DNA of 64,000 nt from the human T2T-CHM13v2.0 reference genome, Homo sapiens, in assembly GCF_009914755.1 (NCBI RefSeq), contig NC_060928.1; one strand, given 5' to 3'. Made by a program: the position numbers and the translations under genes. Below, in pieces: positions 13,280-27,943 of this stretch. The notes under the pieces are model-generated. The model worked only from the letters and a program-made list of their open reading frames with translations, ran no database searches and was not told where the DNA came from. Numbering within the stretch: the first letter of the stretch is position 1; every line of letters starts with the position of its first letter.

Positions 13280-15175
13280 GAGATTTCCAATCTGGATAAG
13301 ATGGCATGCTGTCATGTTTTTCTTCTGAACTATAAACCCTAGGAAAGGCATAAGAGACAACCAAAGGACAACTCTGAAACATGGTTGGAAGGCAAGCTGG
13401 TCTGGGACCCCAGGGGAAAGGAACAACATGGTGGCAGGGCATCTATCATCTCTGCCACCCAACAGAAGGTCATCCCAGCCTATCATTTCCGAACTCCCTG
13501 CCTAGCAGTGGAAGGCAGCACCGTAGGCCCATTCCTCTCCTTTAATGGCATCAGGCAAACCCAACTCCACAAAGAAGACCATCAGTTGGAAGTCGTGTGG
13601 CTAGGGGAGGCACTTTCCTTCCCTGTAGGGTCTGTGACCTGGCTTTTCTGCCAAGAAAGACTGAGATAAGTGGCAGAAATGGCAAGATAGACCTAGTGAC
13701 AGCAAGTAGCCCAATTCAGGAGGCCTCTTTATTCTCATGGGCCAAGACTCCTTTACTCAGAGACACAGAAACAGCCAGGGGGCACTGACAGGGGCATCTA
13801 CCCCATCCCTCCTCACCAAGAGTCACTCAGCAACCAGATCTGGAGACAACCCTTCCATTCCCTTAGCCAGCACCAGCAGGGAGTAATGGGAGCCTGATAT
13901 CAGGGACACCTGATAAATGCAGCAGACCAAAATAATAGTGCAAAGGCTCTAGAAAGTAAACTGCCTTTGGAACCGCTGCCCACAAAACTAGGCCAGGACC
14001 TGCATGATAAACCTGAACAGAGTGAATTCCTGCTTAAACAAAAGACTCAAATGAGACCTGGAGTCTCCTAACATAATTGCCATAATATTCAGGACACAAT
14101 TAAACATCACTGTCATACCCAAAAGCCAAGGAAATCACAATTTGAATATGAAAATGACAATCAACTGCTGCCAACACCAAGAAAAAATAAGAGGTAGGAA
14201 TTATCTGACAAGGATTTTAAAGGATGCATAATACAAATGCTTCAACAATCAATAACAAATCCTCTTGAAACAAAAAAAAATTAATAGAAACTCTCAGGAA
14301 AGAAACAGAAGTTGCTTTTTAAAACAAACCAACTAGAAATTATAAAACTGAAAACTTCAGTAACAAATAAAACTGAAAAATTCAGTAACAGAAAAATCTT
14401 TTTAAACTCAGTGGATGGGCTCAATAGTAGAGTAGAGACAACAGAGGAGAGAGGCAGTGAACGTGAAGCAACTCCCTGTGGGACAATAAAGAAAGATACA
14501 ACTTTCTTTCCTTTTTTTTTAAGAAACAGGGTCTCACTATGTTGCGTAGGCTGGTCTCAAACTCCTAGGCTAAAGCAATCCTCCTGCCTTGGCCTCCCAA
14601 AGTGCTGGGATTATAGGCATGAGCCAACACTACAGGACTGAAAGGTCCAACTTTCACACCACTGTAGATGAGTAAGGATCAGCTGAAAAAATGTCAGAAG
14701 AAATAATAGCTGAAAATTGTTTAAATTTGGTAAAATACACAAGTCTACCCATAAAATACAATCTTTAAGGTATAGGGCTAGGCTGAGTTCTTAGACTTAA
14801 CACCAAAACACAACTCATAAAAGGAAAAATTGACAAATCGAACCTCAGAGGGGGAAGAATATTTGAAAACCACATACCTAATAAAGGCCTAGTATCTATG
14901 ATATATAAAGAATTATCAAAACTAAACAGGAAAAAAAACTATAAAATATCTAACTAGGAAATGGGCAAAAGACATGAACAGACATTTCAGAGAAGAGAAT
15001 ATACAGATGGTAAATAAGTACCAAAAAAAAGTGCTCAATATTATTAGCTACTAGGGAAATGCAAATTAAAACCACAATGAAGTATCACTACATACCTATC
15101 AGATCAGCTAAAAATTAGCGACAATACCAAATGCTGGAAAAGATATCAAGAAACTGGATCACTCACATATTATGT
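13280..15175 (+). mobile_element. Old L1M (L1MC/MD-like): 5'UTR/ORF1 remnants fused to 3' ORF2 remnants
   Basis: GGAATTATCTGACAAGGATTTTAAAG and AACTCAGTGGATGGGCTCAATAGTAGA (ORF1-like); AATGGGCAAAAGACATGAACAGACATTTC and GGGAAATGCAAATTAAAACCACAATGA (ORF2 3'). Confidence 0.75.
14503..14638 (-). mobile_element. FLAM_C/Alu left monomer inserted in L1M
   Basis: Monomeric antisense Alu with T tract. Confidence 0.85.
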
Positions 15176-15795
15176 AAATTTAGGGAATATTGTTAATATG
15201 CTAATAAGTAGCCTCAGCTGCAGGAAAAAAAAAACCAACTGACAAGAGGAAGCAACAATTAATTTTCTACTGTTCCTGTCAGCCAGAAAATGGGATAATA
15301 AAGTTAAGGAACTCCACCTTTCCTTAACTAAGTTGCACTGCAAGTACAAAAGCTACTCAAGTGTGCAGGAAATACCTTAAAACAAAAACAGACCCAAAAA
15401 AAGGTCCAGAATACAGCACTTGAATTCTGACCTTTTAAAATCTAACACAACCTAAGAGTTAGAACTGTACTCTCAGGCAGAAGGGACTGGACACATAGCC
15501 TTGGGAAGAGACCATATAGCTTGGGTCAGAAGCCAAGATGGAAACTGATTTGGAGCATTCCTTAACCATTCCATTTCTTGCCACCTCACTGCAGGAGTCC
15601 TGATTATGTCTGCATCCCACGTGGAGCCCAGCAGAACAGGAATAAATAGGATGAAAGGCCAATCCACACTTCTTTTTATTGATGTGCCTAATATATAAGT
15701 ATGATTAGAATAGTTTGGGTGTTTGACCAACCTGGTACAGTTTGAAGAGGAAGTTATAAATCAGAGGAAATGTCTTTGACTCCTCCTAAGCCAGG

Positions 15796-18082
15796 TGATA
15801 TGGTTTGGCTGTGTCCCCATCCAAATCTCATCTTGAACTGTAACTCCCACAATTCCCATGTGTCATGGGAGGCAACTGATGGGAGGTAATTGAATCACGG
15901 AGTTATGTCTTTCTTGTGCTGTTCTCCTGATAGTGAGTCTCAGGAGATCTGATGGTTTTAAAAACAGGAGTTTTCCTGCTCAAGCTCTCTTCTCTTGTCT
16001 GCTGCCATATCAGACATGCCTTTCACCTTCCACCATGATTGTGAGGCCTTCCCAGTCATGTGGAACTGTAAGTCCAATAAACCTCTTTCCTTTGTAAATT
16101 GCCCAGTCTCAGGTATGTCTTTATCAGCAGCATGAAAACAGACTAATGCAGTAAATTGGTACTGGGAGTGGGACATTGCTGAAAAAATACCCAACAATTT
16201 AGAAGCAACTTTGGAACTGGGTAACAGGCAGGAGGTTGTAACAGTTTGAAGGGCTCAAAAGAAGACAGGAAAATGTGGGAAAGTTTGGAACTTCCTAGAG
16301 ACTTGTTGAATGGCTTTGCCCAAAATTCTGATAGTGATATGAACAATAAGGTCCAGACTGAGGTGGTCTCAAATGGAAATGAGGAACTTGTTGAGAACTG
16401 GAGCAAAGGTGACTCTTGTTATGTTTTAGCAAAGAGACTGGCAGCATTTTGCCCCTGCACTAGAGATTTATGGAACTTTGAAATTGAGAGAGATAATCTA
16501 GGGTATCTGGTTGATGAAATTTCTAAGCAGCAAAGCATTCAAGGGTGACTTGGCTTCTGTTAAACGCATTCAATTTTATAAGGGAAGCAGAGCATAAAAG
16601 TTTGGAAAATTTGCAGCCTGACAATGCAATAGAAAAGAAAATCCCATTTTCTGGGGAGAAATTCAAGCCAGCTGCAAAAATTTGCGTAAGTAATGAGGAG
16701 CTGAATGTTAGTCCCCAAGACAATGTAGAAAATGTCTCCAGGGCATGTCAGAGGTCTTCGCATTAGCCTCTCCCATCACAAGCCTGGAGGCCTAGGGAAA
16801 AATAGTTTTGTGAGCTGGGTTCAGAGTCCCTGTGCTGTGTGCAGCCTAGAGATTTGGTATCCTGTGTCCCAACTGCTCCAGCCATGACTGAAAGAGGCCA
16901 ATGTAGAGCTCAGGCCATGGCTTCAGAGGGTGCAAGCCCCAAGCCTTGGCAGCTTCCACTTGGTGTTGAGCCTGTGAGTGCACAGAAGTCAAGAACTGAG
17001 GTTTCAGAACCTCCGCCCAAATTTCAGAAGATGTATGGAAACCCCTGGATGTCCAGGCAGAAGTTTGCTGCAGGGATGGGGCCCTCATGGAGAACCTCTG
17101 CTAGGGCAATGGGGAAGAGAAATGTGGTTGGAGGTTGGAGCCCCCACACAGAGTCCTACTGGGGCACCACCTAGTGGAGCTGTGAGAAGAGGGCCATCAC
17201 CAGAATGGTAGATCCACTGATGGTTTGCACCATGAGCCTGGAAAAGCCGCAGACACTCAATGCCAGTCTGTGTCAGGAGAGAGGCTGTACCCTGCAAAGC
17301 CACAGGGGTGGAGCTGCCCAAGACCATGGAAACCCACCTCTTATATCAGCATGACCTGGATGTGAGACATGGAGTCAAAGATCATTTTGAAGCTTTAAGA
17401 TATGACTGCCCCACTGGATTTCAGACTTGCATGGGATCTGTGGCCTCTTTGTTTTGCCCAATTTCTCCTATTTGGGACAGCTGTATTTACCCAATGCCTG
17501 TACCCCCACTGTATCTAGGAAGTAACTAACTTGCTTTTGATTTTACAGGCTCATAGGCAGAAGGGACTTATCTTGTCTCAGATGAGGCATTGGACTGTGG
17601 ACTTTTGAGTTAATACTGAAATAAGTTAAGATTTGGTGGGACTATTGGGAAAGAATGATTGGTTTTGAAATGTGAGGATGTGAGATTTGGGAGGGGCCAG
17701 GGAAAGAATTATATGGTTTGGCCATGTCCCCACCCAAATCTCATCTCAAATTGTAACTCCCACAATTGGTCAGGGTGATCTCAAACTCCTGACCTCAAAT
17801 TTCATGGGAGGAACCTGGTGGAAGACAATTGAATTATGGGAGTAGGTCTTTCCTGCACTGTCCTCATGAGAGTGAGTCTCAGGAGATCTGGTGGTTTTAA
17901 AAAGGGAAGATTCCCTGTACAAGCTCTCTTCTCTTGTCTGCCACCATGTGAGATGCACCTTTCACCATGATTGTGAGGCCTCCCCAGCGAAGTGGAACTC
18001 TGACTCCAATAAACCTCTTTCTTTTGTAAATTGCCCAGTTTCAGGTATGTCTTTATCAGCAGCATGAAAACTGACTAATGCA
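15796..18082 (+). mobile_element. Full-length THE1B-type MaLR element (5' LTR 15796-16150, internal 16151-17708, 3' LTR 17709-18082)
   Basis: Two homologous LTRs (TGATATGGTTTGGC..GACTAATGCA), THE1-int start GTAAATTGGTAC, polypurine tract before the 3' LTR, perfect TSD CCAGG at 15791-15795 and 18083-18087. Confidence 0.97.
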
Positions 18083-18275
18083 CCAGGCCATCTGTAACTG
18101 GGGTTATGGTTAGATTGTGATGTTGTGGCCTTTAAGATGAGGCCGTTCACAGGTGTAGTTTACTGGGATGAAGATGTTACCATATTATTCCATTCAATTA
18201 TGCCCCTAAAAACCATCCTCACAACAAAATAGAGCTCTTCATTTAGAGGAAAAAGAAATCTCACCATAAAGGTTA

Positions 18276-18500
<225 letters not shown>

Positions 18501-18904
18501 ATTGCCTCAGTTTTCTTTCCCTGTTAATAATGAATGCTTGGTTGAAATCTAATCAACTTCTTCTCCAGGTTTGTTTCTCCCGAGCCCATCCTGAATCTTC
18601 TTTCAATATTAGGTCCTCCCTTGGATTTTTGTGCCAGGTTGGTGTCAAAAGCCAGAGCACTGCTCTCCTTACCACCGCCTCCTTCCTTTACCCTGTGATG
18701 GAGGTGGTTCCACCTGAGAAGGTGGTTGGCTGACCAGACATTCCTTTTAAAACAATTGCTTTACTTCTTTCTTTTCTGGGGTTCTTGCCTATGGCCAGAG
18801 AGAAGTTTTGCTAAGGCAAACTAAACCAATTGTTAGCTTTCAAAAGAACTTCAAAACAAAATGAAAAAGTACTTTTGACTTGTGGTATCATAAGAATGTC
18901 TTAA

Positions 18905-19215
<311 letters not shown>

Positions 19216-19937
19216 TGTCTTCGCTTTTTAAAAGCAAAGTTTTAAAAGTTTGGAAAATTTCCAAAATAGAAAGTTGGAGAAGAGAGTAAAACTGTGCTCA
19301 TCCTGCACTGATAATTTTATTTCCTTCCATGAGATTCTGTGAGTAGAAAAAGAGGTGCCTTTTGGGAATCCACGTTAATTTAGATTTTCACGATTTTTTC
19401 TTAAATTATAATTTTTGTGTACTAAATATTAGGCCTGTGAGATTTGCAAAGAAAAAAATTCTCCCTGGTCGCCAACTCTGCCTCATGAATACATGGCATT
19501 TATCCCAAAGGGGATAGAGCTGAGAATGTTAGGAACTTAGGAGAAACCCTCTTCAGTGCTAGAAAGACACATCCAAAGCTCATGCCTTGCCAAGAATGAG
19601 CCACTAGGGCTGTCATCACAAAGGGCAGCACATTGCAACTTCTAACACTACTATAAATGTCCAACTTAATACCAGAGAGTGGTGTGGGCAGAGGATCATC
19701 TAGCTTATTACTACTTAAGCCAAAAGAATTTAACTTGTCCGGACTATTTGAAATACCCATTTATTAGTAAATTTGATGAGTTGATGATGGGTACAACTAA
19801 CTCTAGCTGAGTCAGCCTTTGTGGCTTTTCATATACTTACTTACTTAGGGAAATAGAGTGGGAAGGTGGTACCCATGAGTAATTTGCTGCAAAAATAATA
19901 GCATTCTATCACAAACACAGGATTTGGAGAAAAGGAA

Positions 19938-20080
19938 ATATACACATATGTATATGGAGATATATATGACATATATGTTACCGATAACATATATGAAAAT
20001 ATAATTATAATTATGTGCATATATTATATATGTATAATATACATTTGTATATGTAACATATACACATCTGTATTATATTT
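19938..20080. repeat. (TA/CA)-rich low-complexity tract
   Basis: Repeated ATATAT/ACATAT/TATGT units. Confidence 0.75.
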
Positions 20081-20133
20081 TGCTTTTGCTAGCTTTTATC
20101 TGCTGGTTGTTTTTATTGGTTTGTTCTTCATTT

Positions 20134-20289
20134 TAATTTCTTTAATTTTTAATTTTTACAATTTTTTGTAGAGACAGGTCTTGCTATGTATGGTACCTAG
20201 GCTGGTCTGAAACTCGTGACCTCAAGCTGTCCTCCCACCTTGGCCTCCTAAAGTGTTGGGATTACAGATGTGAGCCACCAAGCCTGGCC
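20134..20289 (-). mobile_element. FLAM_C/AluJ left monomer
   Basis: Antisense Alu monomer ending AGCCTGGCC. Confidence 0.85.
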
Positions 20290-20345
20290 TACTTACTTAT
20301 TTTTAGGTAATCAGTTCTTTTTTAATTAGCTCAGCAGTGAGAAGA

Positions 20346-20654
20346 GGTCGCACCGATGGCTCATGCCTGTAATCCCAGCACTGTGGAAGGCTGAGGCGAG
20401 CAGATCATTTGAGGTCAGGAGTTCAAGACCAGCCTGGCCAATACGGTGAAACCCCATCTCTACTGAAAATACAAAAATTAGCCAGGTGTGCTGGTCCATA
20501 TCTGTAATCCCAGCTACTCAGAAGGCTGAGGCAAGAGAATTGCTTGAACCCAGGAGACAGAGGTTGCGGTGAGCCGAGATTGCGCCACTGCAGTCCGCAG
20601 TCCGGCCTGGGCGACAGAGCGAGACTCCGTCTCAAAAAAAAAAAAAAAAAAAAA
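20346..20654 (+). mobile_element. Chimeric Alu: old AluS body with an AluYb8-type 3' end
   Basis: Decayed S-type 5' part; the 3' part GAGATTGCGCCACTGCAGTCCGCAGTCCGGCCTGGGCG carries the Yb 7-bp duplication; diverged TSD TCAGCAGTGAGAAGA/TCAGTAGTGAGAAGA. Confidence 0.93.
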
Positions 20655-21769
20655 TTGTGTCAGTAGTGAGAAGAGTCAGAAATATTTGGAACTGGTTAGT
20701 ATTGATATTCTGCATAGCAGCCATTTTTTTAAGAGTTCAGAAAATCTTTAAAATTATCTTTTTTTTCCTTAACCCTCACAGCATTTTGAATAAGTAATAA
20801 AAATTTTTGGCATTATTTCTAGACCTAGCTATAGGTAAGAATGTGGAGGGCTAAAAAGAAAAATGACTTGTCAAACAAAGTGCTCCAGGGGAAATCTAAA
20901 CATCTAAAACAACAACAACAACAAACTCAAGATAATATTTGTCCGCATGGTAGAAAAGAACCAAATATGTGGACAATGGCAAATGAATGACTGAATCTCA
21001 TTTCATCAGCTGTCCTGTTTCTGCCATTATATAGATACTAGATTTTATTACACGTTATTTTTTCACCTGAAAGATGCAGGATTCTTCATTTTATTTGATT
21101 TTATTTATATGAATTTTAATTCACATCAATAACACATAGAATAGTTTTCTCAGAACTTGTGTCATGTTTGAAGAACTCTCTGCTATAAGCCTGTGTTTCT
21201 CAGAAAATTGAAGAGATAAATACTAAAACAGATTTTTGTTTAATATCTAAACTTTTTAGAGATATGAGTGGTATCATTAATTAATAGTTCTCTCTTCCAA
21301 ACTGGTCTTACAAGTGGAACACATAGCCTTTGTGTCGTGAACAGGGCAAGGCAGGCACAGCCCTCGGCCCTCTTCTACCATTGCATCTCCCATCCGCTAT
21401 CTCCTTCAAAGCACAGGGCCTGACATCAGAGTGAATTCTCACCAGGACCTTCTAGAGTGTGTGCTCATCATGGTTACAGCCTCCACACATCTAGCCTGCA
21501 CATATTTGGAATGACTTTCACCTCCAGAAACAGTAAAACTGCGGCTATTAAAAGACAATCTTCCAGAACCCCAAGATTTTTCAAAATGGATTTGAATCTG
21601 GAATTAACATTGACCTCTTTATTCTCATACACAGATACACAAACAAATAACAATAACAAAACAATAATAGTGATAGAACCTGAGCAACTAGTGAAAACAA
21701 ACCTCCCAAAACTACCTCAATGTATATGTATCACACCTGAGGGTCTGATGTGCTATAATTATGTGGTTT

Positions 21770-22380
21770 ACTTATGCATTCATTTGTTGATTCATTCAAC
21801 AAACATTTATTTACCACATACCATGCGTTCTATTCAAAGGGGTCAGGGGATGGCAGTGAATTAAGACAGACAAGACCTCTGCCCTTATAGAGTCTTATGT
21901 TCCAGGGGAGATGGAGAAGACAAATGATGATGCTGTAAAGAAAACTAAGATAGAAAGATATGGAAGGTGAGTGGGTTTATTTGGACAGGTGAACAGGGAA
22001 GGGCTTCAAGAGAAGGGCTGGAATAATTATAAGTCTGCCATGTAAAGATCCAAGGATGAGAATCAGAGGTAGAGAAAAGTCCAGGAGCAAGGGCTCTGAG
22101 ATAATAACAGGCTTAGTGAGTTGATAGATGAAGGCTAAAGCATGGAAACGAGAAAGTCATAGGAGGTAAGGTTGGAGAAGTACACAGTAGCCATAGGAAT
22201 AAGTTTTTTGCTTTTATTCCGTGTGCAGTGCGATGCCACTGGTATATTTTAAGTAGAAATATAATATCTTATTTGTGTTTTTAAAAGATTATTCTGGCTG
22301 CTTTTGGAGGAATGGACTGTAAGAGGCAAGACAGAAGCAAGGGACAAGTTAGGAAGCTATTTCATAGTATAACTTGGACC
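21770..22380 (-). mobile_element. L2 LINE fragment
   Basis: TTCATTCAACAAACATTTATT start; AGACAAGACCTCTGCCCTTATAGAG; TTTAAAAGATTATTCTGGCTGC. Confidence 0.8.
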
Positions 22381-22814
22381 AAATTTTATGACATGAATGA
22401 TGCATTTTGATTATGTATGAATTATGGAAGGCTGTATTTTAATAGCTGCAGTTTTACTGTTTCTGGAGATGAAAGTCATTCTATATATGTGGAAGCTGGA
22501 TGTGCGGAGGCCGTAACCACGATGAACACTCACTTTAAAAGCATCTGGTGAGAGCTTACTCTCATGTCAGGCCATGTGCTTTGATGGAGAAAGCGAATAG
22601 GAGATGCAATGATACAAGAGGGCCTTACCTTGTGCTGTTCATGACAAAAAGGCTATTTGTTCCACTTGTGAGACCAGTGGAACTGATATAAAAGATTCTT
22701 CTCTCAGCACAATGGCTAAAGTAAATGGGAGCACCAACGTAAACTAGAAAAAAAAAACAAAAAGAGAAGATGAGGGAAGAAATTGGGACAGCAGAGATAG
22801 AAGACCCAAAACAA

Positions 22815-24420
<1,606 letters not shown>

Positions 24421-24536
24421 TATTTCACTTCAGTGGTTACTAAAGGTAAGACTGTATATCCTCAAAAGACACTACTGAGAGAACAGCTCATCTAAAATGT
24501 AGTGATTGTAGATCTCATCCATGATCAAAATTATGA

Positions 24537-24908
<372 letters not shown>

Positions 24909-25316
24909 GGGTTTTTCAATGGATAATTTTTAAAATGCCTGTCTTGTAGAATTATTGTTATGATTATAATTTTAAGAACACTCACAATGGTTATCCTGAG
25001 TAAGAAAAAAAAACTTTAATTATGCTTGATATCCTATGTTAAAGATCACAGGAAAATATTTTGGAAATATTTTCCTTTAAAATAGTTCAAATTTTAATAT
25101 TTAAATTATAAGTTAACCTTTAAATATTCAGAGCAAAGATTTTATCAAATTATTCATTTCCTTAGATCTGCATAGCTAAGGTGGTGTACATTTTTACTCT
25201 CAATTATGCCTTTACAAATATTTCCTTTGAAACTTCTCTTTCTTCCAAAATAAGAAACTGAAATGAAACCCAGGGACAAGCTAATGTAGGAATCTAACAA
25301 AATATAATTCCCCTCC

Positions 25317-25399
25317 TTCCTAACATGACTCTAGGATCTAGGACCTAAAGGGCTTCCCAACATGACTCTAGGACCTAGGACTCTAGGACCTAAAGGGCT
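25317..25399. repeat. Imperfect ~37-bp tandem duplication with nested CTAGGA repeats
   Basis: AACATGACTCTAGGA..TCTAGGACCTAAAGGGCT occurs twice. Confidence 0.85.
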
Positions 25400-25822
25400 A
25401 CGGTCTTAGTGTAAAGGTGAACTGGAAGTAAATCTGTTCCCAACCTCAAAGCATTGCAAGAAAAATCAATTCTCTTAAAAATGGCACTGAAAAAAGGTGA
25501 CAGAAAAAGTGATGCCAAAAATTTGGATCCACAACTGAGTGTTCATTGTGGGTTTGTACCCATAATTACATAACTCATGTAGTCCAAAAATATCGAACCA
25601 GTAATTCAGCCTAGAGTAATCCCTTCTAAGAATCTGGTAGAACACTCTGCAAAACTCCAACTTCCAACTGAGCCTGTAAGTTTTCCCATAAACAAAATTC
25701 TAAGAAAAATGAACATTCAGAAATAGCAAAATACATAAGAAAAAAGGCACAAAGAGTAAGAATTAGTGGAACAATATGGTCCAAAAAGCAGTCACATAAT
25801 CAATTCAGCTAGTGGAGTTATC

Positions 25823-26313
25823 TCTGGTGGCTTTGTAATGTGTCAGCTTGGCTAAGCTGAAGCCATTTTTCGTTGGCTATGGTATGCTACAAGGGAGAGC
25901 CTTATTAGTTGGAAGGCAGGAGAGAAACAGCAGCCATCTTAAACTGCACACAAGTTGTATTATTGTTGCTTTGCTGACTCGCCTCATTGATGTGAGGTAC
26001 CATCTGGGGCTACAACTGCTCTACCTCCCCCTCTACCCTTCTTTAGCTTTTCCAACTCTTGGGTGAGGTTTGCATACAGAGCTCTGGGACAAAGGGTCCC
26101 AGCTCCTGCAGGATACCCTTGGCACTAAGAGCAGAGGCAACAAGATTCGACACGTTTTGGTCCAGCCTTACAGAAAATTCTTAACCAGCTCCGCAAGTTG
26201 CATAAGCTTATAACAAATCTGTTTGTGTGTGCGCGCGCGCGCGTGTGTGTGTGTGTGTGCGTGTCCCAGTAGGGGATTTATGTTTGTTGTTTGTTTGAAA
26301 CCTGACTAATACA
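25823..26313 (+). mobile_element. MLT2 (E/F-like) ERVL solo LTR
   Basis: GTGGCTTTGTAATGTGTCAGCTTGGCTAAGCTG ... AACCTGACTAATACA; degenerate TSD TTATC/TTTTC; L1 sequence resumes on both sides. Confidence 0.75.
26224..26264. repeat. Compound (TG)n(GC)6(GT)n alternating purine-pyrimidine tract
   Basis: 41 bp of uninterrupted alternation. Confidence 0.9.
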
Positions 26314-27387
26314 TTTTCAGACACAGACTATAAAATGACCATGTTTAATATGTTAATAAAAGATCATTAATATGCTAATAAAGAATATGCTAATAATGAA
26401 TCATGAGGGGGTTCTGTTTGTGCTTAGGATATAAAAAGCTGCTACAAAAGGTTGCTCTCATTCCAACAGGAAGAAAATAGTTGATAAAATTTTAACTTTT
26501 TGAATTCATCAGAGAGCTGAGATTACAAGACAACCAAGTAAACTGAATTCTAAGGAGTGACAATCACCTCCATAGAGAGAGGTGGAACCCATGAACTATA
26601 TTGCCTTTGAGAAAGCATGAGTAGAAAAGGTTGGTCCCTTAATGGCGGCTACGAAGAAATCAGCTAAAAATACTTACTGTATATTTAAAGACGGAGTACA
26701 TACTAAGGTATCCGTTTAGAATAATTGGAAGTCTCCAGCACAAAGATAATTGGCACTCACTTGAAAATTATTTTCTGCAGTCTTTCACTAGGTGTTCACA
26801 AGAAAAACTAAATGTGAGGCAGAAGACTCAAGAAAGTCCCTTTTGCTGGAACAGTTATGTGGATGATAACTGACTGATGTTGGGAGAAAAGGCAAAAAAA
26901 CACTGCCTGCTTTCCTAGATCCTTCTCTCATAGAAAGCAAGAGCTTTGTACCACTTGGAAAGGAGCAGCAAACCCTTGTGCAAAGAGCCACTGCTTGAAG
27001 GAAGGACAGAAACAAAAACCCTCTACTCTTGAGAAAAACACAGGAATACCCCTTGGGCTCACATTCCTGCCCCAATGTGTCTGCTGACACTGGAAGAGGG
27101 ACAAGATTACTGTAAATACAATGCAGAGTAGTGCACTGAAAGTAACAGCAACAACAAAAACCTTAATCTAGTGCAAGCTATGACTGGATTGACTCAATGT
27201 CCCACACTAAGGGCCTGTTAGAAGAAGCATTCTTATTTCTAGGCATAAATATTATTTGCCTCAGTCTCTACTATTCTTCAATGTACAATGTCTGACATTT
27301 CATTAAATATTTTAGTCATACAAAAGGCAAGGAGAAAAAAACACCATCAATTGTTAAGAGATAAATGAATTACTAGAAGCAGACTCA

Positions 27388-27855
<468 letters not shown>

Positions 27856-27943
27856 CTAGAATTTTTTTTTTCAGTAATAGAAGTAACTTCCTTTGATAAA
27901 CTGATTAGTAGAATGAACATGGTTGAAGAAAGACACAACAAAC

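Noticed and set aside
15193-15207. TTAATATGCTAATAA shared with ~26367
   Set aside because: Short AT-rich match with no extension; likely chance
16143-17529. Cluster of overlapping ORFs
   Set aside because: Fragments of the degenerate THE1 internal region, broken by stops and frameshifts
18530-18760. Exon-like or pseudogene-like composition on the minus strand
   Set aside because: The minus-strand frames I translated stop early, and I could not recognise a parent gene, poly(A) tail or TSD
21457-21864. 135-aa ORF in partly unique sequence
   Set aside because: GTG start, no recognisable domain, and it runs into an antisense L2; consistent with chance
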